This document shows positions 17,066 to 24,142 of a stretch of DNA of 64,000 nucleotides, piece after piece (positions within the stretch are counted from its first letter, which is position 1; every line of letters begins with the position of its first letter). This DNA is from a virus, in the IMG/VR virus record IMGVR_UViG_3300046747_000551, positions 1 through 64,000 of that record. One strand, written 5' to 3'. The notes beneath the pieces were generated by a model. The model saw nothing but the letters and a program-made list of their open reading frames with translations. It ran no database searches and was not told where the DNA came from. The position numbers were made by a program, and so were the translations under genes.

Positions 17066-17263
17066 ATGAACAAGAAGCAATGGCAATCACTGGTCGCGGC
17101 GTTCCGAGACGCGCGCACCGCGGCCCTGGTCGCAGACGACTACGTAATTGGCGGCACGCACCAAGTCTTGGTGGACACTATAGTCCGTCGCGTGGCCGAG
17201 AGGTGCGAAGACCCTGAGCTGTTTATTCTCGTGTGCGGCGCGACGGTTCTCAAACCCAAATGA
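17066..17263 (+). CDS. hypothetical protein
   Basis: Follows the promoter; ATGA-coupled to the next gene. Confidence 0.6.
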   Translation: MNKKQWQSLVAAFRDARTAALVADDYVIGGTHQVLVDTIVRRVAERCEDPELFILVCGATVLKPK

Positions 17264-17649
17264 AAACGAAACCCTTCAACATCGACGAAGCCAAACGAAC
17301 CCTGCGCGCGGTCACGCTGGCCGGAGAACCGGTGCGCCTTTTCGCGTTCGACCTCAAGGGCGCGTATCCAATCCTTGGGGCCATTAGCGTGGACGGCGGC
17401 AAGAACGAATACACGGCACGCTGGACGCTGGCCGGGCGCTCCACACTGGGCGGCAGCAGCGCCGAGGACTGCTCGTCTGACCTGCGGTCGCCGGTCGAGA
17501 CGGTCACGCGCTATATCAATATCTACCGGCGCGCCGACTCTGTTGAGCTGCGGACCGGCCCCGGCGTTTTCGTCACGCACAAGGACGCCGAAGACTGCGC
17601 GGGCCATTCCCAGTTCGCCGTCGTGGAAATCAAAATCGAGTTGCCATGA
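17260..17649 (+). CDS. hypothetical protein, tandem paralog 1
   Basis: MKTKPFNIDEAKRTLRAVT...VETVTRYINIYR...VEIKIELP. Confidence 0.75.
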   Translation: MKTKPFNIDEAKRTLRAVTLAGEPVRLFAFDLKGAYPILGAISVDGGKNEYTARWTLAGRSTLGGSSAEDCSSDLRSPVETVTRYINIYRRADSVELRTGPGVFVTHKDAEDCAGHSQFAVVEIKIELP

Positions 17650-18014
17650 AAACGAAGCCCTTCAACATTGACGAAGCCAAACGAACCCTGCGTGCGGTCA
17701 CCCGCAGCGGACAAGCGGTGCGCCTCTTCGTGTTCGACCTTGGCAAGAGCAACGACATCGCGGGCGCCAGGATGACCGAACATGGGGAAACGCTCACCGG
17801 CTGGTATTCCAACGGCCGTTTCTTCACGGACCGCGAGCACGGCAACGACCTGCTCACGCCCGTGGAAACCGTCACGCGCTACCTCAACCTTTACCGGAAG
17901 GGCACGGGTGAAGTGTATCCGGGCGCGGGGGTTTTCGTCACGCGCGAAGACGCCGAAGAGGGCGCGGGGCGTTCCTGCTTCGCCACCGTGGAAATCCAAT
18001 TCGAATTGCCGTAA
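17646..18014 (+). CDS. hypothetical protein, tandem paralog 2
   Basis: MKTKPFNIDEAKRTLRAVT...VETVTRYLNLYR...VEIQFELP; the first 56 nt differ from paralog 1 at three synonymous sites. Confidence 0.75.
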   Translation: MKTKPFNIDEAKRTLRAVTRSGQAVRLFVFDLGKSNDIAGARMTEHGETLTGWYSNGRFFTDREHGNDLLTPVETVTRYLNLYRKGTGEVYPGAGVFVTREDAEEGAGRSCFATVEIQFELP

Positions 18015-18017
18015 TGT

Positions 18018-18782
18018 ATGAGCCGACAGGAAGACATCAAGGCGCCGCCGCCGGGACCTATTCAGCCCATCTTCAACGACAGCCTGACGCAGATAGAACG
18101 CGAGCGGCGGATGTTGCGCTATCGTGCGCAGGGCCTGACCAGTCCGGAAGCGACGGAGAACGTGAAGGGAGCCGCCGCCGCGTTCGGCCAGCAATACGGG
18201 AAAATCCCGGGCGCAGCGCTGAAGCGAGCGCCGCAACCGAAAGGCCGGCAGCTCGGGTTATCGCCTACCAAAAGTGCGGCGACTCCACAGACGCCGATTG
18301 GCGCCCAGTTTTTGAAACACCAACCACAACCGAAACCAATGAGCAAAAATCTAATCGTCCCCGTAAACGCGCAGGGCGCACCAGTGGCTGATACCCGGCC
18401 CGAGGCCGCGCGTCCCAAGCTGTCCTTTTCGCCGGCACCCGACGGCACGTTTTGCAAAATCGCAGACCGTCCGCGCCCGGCCAATCACCCGCTGCACCTG
18501 CCGTGGACCCAGAAATATCTGGCCACGCATGATAGCCAGCCTTTCGCTATCGCGATGGATGAGGCTGTTGCGAACCTCCTATCCAATGCGCTCAACACCT
18601 ATTTTCAGGCGGTGATGCAACACCAAGCCGAGCAGGAAGCGCGCAAAGCGGCCGAAGCAGCCGCAGCCAATGACGCGGACGCGTTCGGCGCGCCGCTGGT
18701 CGAAGAGACCGACGCCATCACGGGCGTGCCCGCGAGTGCGGTCGGCGAGCCGAGTGAAATCGAACAGCTGCCCAGCCTATGA
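18018..18782 (+). CDS. hypothetical protein (an internal start at 18339, MSKNLIVPV, is possible)
   Basis: Fills the gap; ATGA-coupled to the MazG-like gene. Confidence 0.55.
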   Translation: MSRQEDIKAPPPGPIQPIFNDSLTQIERERRMLRYRAQGLTSPEATENVKGAAAAFGQQYGKIPGAALKRAPQPKGRQLGLSPTKSAATPQTPIGAQFLKHQPQPKPMSKNLIVPVNAQGAPVADTRPEAARPKLSFSPAPDGTFCKIADRPRPANHPLHLPWTQKYLATHDSQPFAIAMDEAVANLLSNALNTYFQAVMQHQAEQEARKAAEAAAANDADAFGAPLVEETDAITGVPASAVGEPSEIEQLPSL

Positions 18783-19093
18783 GCAACACCATCTACACTG
18801 CCGAGAGTGTGAGCCTCGTGCAATCGTGCGCCGTGGCCGCGGTCCTCGACGAGCGCGCGCGGCAAGACGCCAAGTGGGGCACGCAGAACCACACGCCCAT
18901 CGTGTGGTCGGCTATCCTCACTGAGGAGTGCGGCGAGTTTGCGAAGGAAGCGCTGGAGTTTCACTTCTCGGTGAAGCCGCCCCAGCCGAACCTGCGGTAT
19001 GAAGCCGTCCAGGTCGCGGCCGTCGCGCTGGCCATCATCGAATGCATAGACCGCCATGCCGAGGCCAACGCCGGAGAAAACTCACCCTTATGA
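18779..19093 (+). CDS. MazG-like nucleotide pyrophosphohydrolase
   Basis: ERARQDAKWG.QNH...ILTEECGEFAKE...LRYEAVQVAAVALAIIE (EExxE ... ExxQ pattern). Confidence 0.8.
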   Translation: MSNTIYTAESVSLVQSCAVAAVLDERARQDAKWGTQNHTPIVWSAILTEECGEFAKEALEFHFSVKPPQPNLRYEAVQVAAVALAIIECIDRHAEANAGENSPL

Positions 19094-19357
19094 GTAAACA
19101 CACCGCGGAGACCATCCAGTGGGCGCTCTACTTCGCGTTCTTACTGGGCGTGTCCTACCTGCTACTGCGATGAAGACGCCGCAAGAATGGATGGACGCGC
19201 ACGGCTACGACAAAAGCGTTTGCTGTGGCCACGGTGAATACTGGGACCTGCCCAAGCGCATCGACCTCGACATCATCGCGCGCATTCAAGCCGACGCGCA
19301 GGCCGGGCGGGAGCCCGTGAAGGTGTGGTGTCGTGTGCAAGGAAAGTGGGTGACGCC

Positions 19358-19684
19358 ATGAACCCCAACATCAAATCCGCGGCAGGCGGCAACCGCAGCT
19401 TCGGCCTGCATGGTGCGGGCAAGGGCGACGCGGACCGCACAAGCGATGTAACCGCGTATAACGAGCGACTAATGGACATTGAATTCCCGCGGGTTCATCC
19501 CTCGTTAGATGAAGCGTTCACCAAGTCGCGCCGGGGCTACAAAAAAGTTTATGGAGCAACACCTGACAAACACGCATCGGCTCTCGCCGCTACTTTTCCG
19601 CTGGTCGTGGGGCCGGCACCACTTTCAAGTGCGGCGTCTGAACTGGCGGTGGAGATGCGCACACTACGTGACGAAATCGTATGA
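19358..19684 (+). CDS. hypothetical protein
   Basis: GAGKGDADRTSDVTAYNERLMDI resembles a recurrent small phage GKGD-R motif. Confidence 0.55.
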   Translation: MNPNIKSAAGGNRSFGLHGAGKGDADRTSDVTAYNERLMDIEFPRVHPSLDEAFTKSRRGYKKVYGATPDKHASALAATFPLVVGPAPLSSAASELAVEMRTLRDEIV

Positions 19685-20141
19685 CATCGCCTACCGCGTC
19701 TGGTGGTTCTGCCCGCTGTGCGTGACCTGCATATCGATGCCCAAATGAAGCCCTTCAAACTTTTTGAGTGCGGCACGTATCGCTGGATACACAGCCCCTG
19801 GGAATTCTGCCTCTCGTGCGGCTACCCTGGCCACTGCGCACAAGCGCGCTCGCGCACCATCTATCTGACGCTCTACCACCGCACGTTCTGGTTTAAATTT
19901 TCCTGGCCCACGAAGCCTGAGAGAATCAATGGGGTGCCGCTGTGAACCCGCCGACATGGAAACCGTCCCGGTTTGAGCTGGTGGACGAGCCATATCAATG
20001 CATCATCCGCGACGTGGAGAACCAGCTCAACTTTGCTTTCATCGCGGAGAGCGGCCATGGGCTGCACTCGCATGACCGCGCGCTCGCGGAACGGGTGGTT
20101 CAATTTCTCAACAGGCTCCTGCCCATGGAGCGCACGCGCCC

Positions 20142-20327
20142 ATGAATTCACATCTCAAGCGTCTGCTTCGCGGGCTCTACGCCCTCGGCATCGTGGCCGG
20201 CACCATAGGCGCGGCGGTTTTTCTCGCGTGGGCTTGGCCCTGGGTTTTGGTTGCCGTATGCGTGTTGGTGCTGGCGTATGGCATTGGCGGCATGGGACCC
20301 GATGACGGTGGGAGCGACATGCCATGA
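20142..20327 (+). CDS. small membrane protein (two hydrophobic helices)
   Basis: LYALGIVAGTIGAAVFLAWAWPWVLVAVCVLVLAYGIG. Confidence 0.6.
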   Translation: MNSHLKRLLRGLYALGIVAGTIGAAVFLAWAWPWVLVAVCVLVLAYGIGGMGPDDGGSDMP

Positions 20328-20393
20328 GCAACACCTTCGTCCTCTGCGCTCTCGCCGTGGCGCTCCTCATGTTCATCCTCTGGAGGAGTAAAG

Positions 20394-20744
20394 GTGTCTG
20401 ACGTCGCCGGCAACCTGGGTCCCAACGTCGTCCAGGCCATCATTCCAACCGAACGGCGCATGGATGTTTTTGTGTGCCCGGGCGTGCCCGAGGAAGCGCT
20501 CGCGCGCTGGCTGACGCAAGGCGGCGCGTCAAACTTCCACCATGACGCCGCGAGTGCGCCGACGTGCGGCATCGCCCTCTTTGTGCTCGGCCCCTACGGG
20601 TTTGCCTCTGCGGCGACCGCGGCCATGCTGGCACCGTTTTACGCGCAGGCCGGCAACGAGGCCAACTGTTTTCAGTGGTGCGGAATTGAGAAAAACTTCA
20701 CGCGTCGCGACCCGGAGTGGTTGCAGGCGCGGACAGCTTCGTAA
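20394..20744 (+). CDS. hypothetical protein
   Basis: GTG start preceded by GGAGGAG. Confidence 0.55.
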   Translation: MSDVAGNLGPNVVQAIIPTERRMDVFVCPGVPEEALARWLTQGGASNFHHDAASAPTCGIALFVLGPYGFASAATAAMLAPFYAQAGNEANCFQWCGIEKNFTRRDPEWLQARTAS

Positions 20745-20755
20745 CATTCCCGTCA

Positions 20756-20795
20756 CACAATCGTAACTTGCGGCTGGGGCCTGCCGTGGTATCTT
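20756..20795 (+). promoter_or_regulatory. promoter with conserved upstream box CACAATCGTAACTTGCG ... GGTATCTT, copy 1
   Basis: 17-bp exact repeat with 22356-22372 and the same spacing to TATCTT; ATG at 20802. Confidence 0.7.
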
Positions 20796-20801
20796 CACAC
20801 C

Positions 20802-21005
20802 ATGAAGATTCTGAGGCTCTCCACCACCAACAGCGACGGAAGCGTAATTAGCTACTCCGCCCGCATCGTGCGCACCAATCCAGACAACACCATCTGGGTC
20901 GAAATTCCGGCGCGCGTTCGCGCGCTCCCCTTTCCTCCCTACGGTGGCAAGCGATATGCCCAGTTTGACCTCGCGGTCGTGGGCGCCCAGGTCGTCACCC
21001 GTTAA
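20802..21005 (+). CDS. hypothetical protein
   Basis: Directly follows the promoter. Confidence 0.6.
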   Translation: MKILRLSTTNSDGSVISYSARIVRTNPDNTIWVEIPARVRALPFPPYGGKRYAQFDLAVVGAQVVTR

Positions 21006-21025
21006 CCCTCAACCACCCCAATACC

Positions 21026-21235
21026 ATGAGCCGAAAACACTTCGAAGCCCTCGCCGCGGAAATCCGCGCCGAATACACCTGCGCCCGCACCTACGACAAT
21101 TTTCCCGCCGCCGAGGCAATCGCCCGGCTGGCCGGACGCATCGCCCGCGTCTGCGCGGACAGCAACCCCAACTTTTCCGACGCGCGCTTCATCAAAGCGT
21201 GCGGCATCGGTTCCACCGAAGTCATTGGAGCCTAA
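21026..21235 (+). CDS. hypothetical protein (recurrent small phage early family)
   Basis: MSRKHFEALAAEI...NPNFSDARFIKAC pattern. Confidence 0.7.
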   Translation: MSRKHFEALAAEIRAEYTCARTYDNFPAAEAIARLAGRIARVCADSNPNFSDARFIKACGIGSTEVIGA

Positions 21236-21239
21236 CTAT

Positions 21240-21665
21240 ATGGCCACCCTCAAACGAAACGGCACGGAGCTGGCGCGGTTCGAATACGAATCGGGCACCC
21301 TCGTGGTAATGTCCAACGGCCGCGTTTTGCGCAACCGAGGCGACGGCTGGGAGCGCTACCGGCACGCCAAGCCGGGCGTGGCCGCTGAGACCATCGCGGC
21401 CGAGCGGCGGGCGCGCTTCGAAGCCCGGCGCGCGGCCTGCCCGACCTGGGCGGAGTATATCGAGGCGCTGTGCGACGCGGTCGCGCTGCGGCACCGTAGC
21501 GTGCTGGCGACGGCCATTGCGATGATGCCGACGGACGCGGACGGCGTCTGGTCCACAATGGACGACTACGGCATGGGCCTGGACCTGGACGACGTGGTCC
21601 GGCTGTGCGACCTGCGCACGCGCGGCGAGGCCGAGCTTCGCGCCTTCAAACAGGCGAAAGAATAA
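21240..21665 (+). CDS. hypothetical protein
   Basis: Start MATLKRNGTEL. Confidence 0.6.
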   Translation: MATLKRNGTELARFEYESGTLVVMSNGRVLRNRGDGWERYRHAKPGVAAETIAAERRARFEARRAACPTWAEYIEALCDAVALRHRSVLATAIAMMPTDADGVWSTMDDYGMGLDLDDVVRLCDLRTRGEAELRAFKQAKE

Positions 21666-21666
21666 T

Positions 21667-21695
21667 TTGACAACCCGCCCGACCTGGGCGACATT
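21667..21695 (+). promoter_or_regulatory. class A (host sigma70-like) promoter TTGACA-N17-GACATT
   Basis: ATG at 21701, about 6 nt after the -10 box, implying a near-leaderless transcript. Confidence 0.6.
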
Positions 21696-21700
21696 CCTGC

Positions 21701-21946
21701 ATGAAAGAAACCAAGTTCAGTATCGGCGACGCGGTGGTTTTCCGCGCGTTCAACGGTGACAGCGTCTCGGCCACGATTCTCGCGGTGCTTCCGGACGCGG
21801 TCCGCGTGGGCTACTGCTCCGGCAGCCGCATCATCAACGGCCGCATGGAGCCGAAAATGGAGCGCGTGCTGGTCAAGCGCGCAGACTACGGGCGCATCAC
21901 GGCCTTCCCCAAGGACAGCAAGTTCCTCGTGCTCGAAACCCTCTAA
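21701..21946 (+). CDS. hypothetical protein (SH3/KOW-like N-terminus)
   Basis: KFSIGDAVVF pattern. Confidence 0.55.
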   Translation: MKETKFSIGDAVVFRAFNGDSVSATILAVLPDAVRVGYCSGSRIINGRMEPKMERVLVKRADYGRITAFPKDSKFLVLETL

Positions 21947-21957
21947 GCCTCACCACT

Positions 21958-22353
21958 ATGCACAAAGTCACCATCTCGTTCCCGTCCCTGGAGGACGCGG
22001 AGTTTTTCACCTACCTCGCGCGCAAGTCTGCCGAGAACCATCTCCGCCTGACCGGCGGTCCGGCCGGCATCATGCAGGACGCGCTCACCCGCGCCGCCGC
22101 CGTGGTTGGCCCGGGCGATGCCAACCCGTTCCTCGTGGCGGTCGCGTCGTCGGTGCCGCCCCGGACGGACGCGGTGCCGGACGACCACCTGCCGCCGCTG
22201 GTGCCGAACTGGTGGCACCTCGAATGCCAGTTTTCCTGGGGCTGGGAGCGCAGCGGCTCTTATGATAGGAGCTACCCCACGCGCGCCGAGGCGCTGTCGG
22301 TTCTCAAAACCATCAAGAGCGGGCTGAAGTATCGTGTCTGCCGTTCCAAGTAA
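21958..22353 (+). CDS. hypothetical protein
   Basis: Fits the early gene packing. Confidence 0.55.
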   Translation: MHKVTISFPSLEDAEFFTYLARKSAENHLRLTGGPAGIMQDALTRAAAVVGPGDANPFLVAVASSVPPRTDAVPDDHLPPLVPNWWHLECQFSWGWERSGSYDRSYPTRAEALSVLKTIKSGLKYRVCRSK

Positions 22354-22355
22354 TT

Positions 22356-22395
22356 CACAATCGTAACTTGCGAACCGCCCGCGCCGCGGTATCTT
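22356..22395 (+). promoter_or_regulatory. promoter with conserved upstream box, copy 2
   Basis: CACAATCGTAACTTGCG ... GGTATCTT; ATG at 22401. Confidence 0.7.
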
Positions 22396-22400
22396 TCCCC

Positions 22401-22652
22401 ATGAACAACACCGATTTTACCGCGGCCTCCGCGAAACTTTTCCGCGACATCGTGACCGACCTGCCGAACTGGACGGGCGTCACGCCCTGTTTCAACCACA
22501 TCACCAGCGCCCTCCGCGGGAACCTCACCGACCTGAAAAAACGCGGGCTGATTACGACCTTCCGCAGCGACGGCGAGGAATGGATTGAACTGACCGCTGC
22601 CGGCGAGGAATTTGCCCGCACGGTGGGCATGGGCAAATTCCTTCCAAGCTGA
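22401..22652 (+). CDS. winged-helix-like small protein
   Basis: LRGNLTDLKKRGLITT...WIELTAAG, a MarR-like wing motif. Confidence 0.6.
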   Translation: MNNTDFTAASAKLFRDIVTDLPNWTGVTPCFNHITSALRGNLTDLKKRGLITTFRSDGEEWIELTAAGEEFARTVGMGKFLPS

Positions 22653-22653
22653 T

Positions 22654-22682
22654 TTGACAAACCGGCCCGCCCGGGCTACCTT
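22654..22682 (+). promoter_or_regulatory. class A promoter TTGACA-N17-TACCTT
   Basis: ATG at 22688 opens a 56-aa ORF, MSNETKNEPS... Confidence 0.6.
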
Positions 22683-22877
22683 ACGCCATGAGCAACGAAA
22701 CAAAGAACGAGCCGAGCGCGGTGCGGGTGCCCGCGCCCGAGCTGACTTCCCAGGAGTGGGAACTGCGTCGCAAGGAGCGCGTCGCGAAGCAGTGGGCCGA
22801 CCGCCGCGCGCGGTGGGCAGCCTACAAAAAAGCACAAAACCACTTGCGCGGGTCCTGAACCCGTGCGACCTTACGCC

Positions 22878-23114
22878 ATGAATTATTCGATTATCTGGAA
22901 ACTCCGCGAGGGCGGGCTGGTCACGTTCCGCTTTGAAGTGGAGAACGTGCCCACCCTCGCGGACGCGCTCGCGGCCTTCCGGCACGCCGAGCCGAACGGC
23001 TACCTCGTGCGGGCCTATGCGCACGAACCCATTGACCCCGCTCTGCTCGCGGGCCTGATGGACACCCTGGAGCAGAAAATTGTGGCGGACGGCTGGCGTT
23101 CGCTGGGGGACTAA
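22878..23114 (+). CDS. hypothetical protein
   Basis: Start MNYSIIWKL, preceded by the CCTTACGCCATG context also seen at 22688. Confidence 0.55.
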   Translation: MNYSIIWKLREGGLVTFRFEVENVPTLADALAAFRHAEPNGYLVRAYAHEPIDPALLAGLMDTLEQKIVADGWRSLGD

Positions 23115-23118
23115 TTTT

Positions 23119-23355
23119 ATGAGCGAACCCTGGTTTTCCCAAATCCTGTGGCCCGTCCTCCGCTCCGCGGATGGCGAAGCCGGTCTTACTCCCGAGGTAG
23201 TGCTGCAAGCGGTGCGCGCCTGGGACCAGCAACAAATGTGGGAGCGTGGCCGCAGCGTAATGCCGACGGACCTGCGCGACGCCGTGTATGCGGTGCTCAG
23301 CCCCGCCGGGCGCCGCGCCGCGGACTTGGCGGCATTGTCATCCCTGAAGGGCTAA
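23119..23355 (+). CDS. hypothetical protein
   Basis: Start MSEPWFSQ. Confidence 0.5.
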   Translation: MSEPWFSQILWPVLRSADGEAGLTPEVVLQAVRAWDQQQMWERGRSVMPTDLRDAVYAVLSPAGRRAADLAALSSLKG

Positions 23356-23359
23356 CCCG

Positions 23360-23725
23360 ATGCGCCTAGACTTCCATCGCGACATCTACCTGCCGGCGGA
23401 CCTAATCGCCCAGGTCCGCGCCGTGAACTATTCCCGGCTGGATTACAGCATGCACGCCGTCCGAGAGGCCGCGGCAGACGGCCTGCGCGCGCACGAGCTG
23501 CCCCGGGCGCTGTCTTTGGACGACTGGGGCATCATTCACGTAGAGACGTGGTCCGGTCGCGCCACGGGCGTCCTGGTGCGTCGCACGCTGTTGTCCCGCC
23601 CGGGCTGGGACCTCGTGCTGGCGGTATCGGTGCCCGACTGCCGGGTCAAAACGGTCTGGCTGAACGAAACGACGGACCGCCACCGCAGTTTGGACCGGAA
23701 AAGATATGTTGCGAAACCCGCTTGA
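23360..23725 (+). CDS. hypothetical protein, possible RelE/DUF4258-like RNase fold
   Basis: LDYSMHAVREA ... VKTVWLN ... HRSLDRKRY; a YSxHA N-terminal motif with a terminal V.TVW strand. Confidence 0.45.
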   Translation: MRLDFHRDIYLPADLIAQVRAVNYSRLDYSMHAVREAAADGLRAHELPRALSLDDWGIIHVETWSGRATGVLVRRTLLSRPGWDLVLAVSVPDCRVKTVWLNETTDRHRSLDRKRYVAKPA

Positions 23726-23750
23726 CGGGCGGGGGGACGTGTGGCACTTT
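23722..23750 (+). promoter_or_regulatory. promoter TTGACG-N17-CACTTT for the tRNA-like RNA
   Basis: The predicted start site (~23756-23757) coincides with the 5' strand of the acceptor-like stem. Confidence 0.6.
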
Positions 23751-23755
23751 ACTTA

Positions 23756-23937
23756 TGACGCGGGAACAGTGGACAGGACGCGAGACAACAGGTGGCGAAG
23801 GGCCGGGTTTGTCCCCGGAGCAAAGCGCCTGCGCGGTCTGAAAGCTGGTGGGCTGCCGGGGTTTAATCCCCCGGATTGGTCCGGAAGGGGCGGTTCGCGA
23901 GCTGCCTCAGAGGTTCGATTCCTCCCCGTCGTCACCA
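23756..23937 (+). ncRNA. oversized tRNA-like RNA (~180 nt)
   Basis: 3' GAGG-TTCGATT-CCTC T-arm and encoded ACCA end. 5' TGACGCGGG pairs with CCCG(T)CGTCA. Internal hairpins CCGGGG-TTTAATC-CCCCGG and GGGGCGGTT-CGCG-AGCTGCCTC. Confidence 0.65.
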
Positions 23938-24106
23938 TTTTTGTGAACGCTTTCAACGAAAACCTCCTGGCCACCGATGAGTCTGGCTTAACGGAATCCT
24001 GCGACGTCTGCAACCGCGTCATCCTGAACTGGACGACGGTGGGGGACGCCGCCACCCTGGCCGAGGACGGCCAGACGATTCTGTGCCGGCATTGCGCCGA
24101 TTTAAT

Positions 24107-24135
24107 TTGACATCCCGGCCCGCCGGTGCGACATT
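24107..24135 (+). promoter_or_regulatory. class A promoter TTGACA-N17-GACATT
   Basis: Upstream of the helicase ATG at 24143. Confidence 0.6.
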
Positions 24136-24142
24136 CCACGCC

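Noticed and set aside
17260-18014. Near-identical repeats as a DGR template/variable pair
   Set aside because: The differences are synonymous and not adenine-specific, both copies are full genes, and no RT is present.
23756-23937. Ordinary tRNA-Leu(UAA), tRNA-Sec or tmRNA
   Set aside because: Too long and lacking a normal D-arm for a tRNA, no UCA anticodon, and too short for tmRNA with no evident tag frame. Kept only as a tRNA-like RNA.
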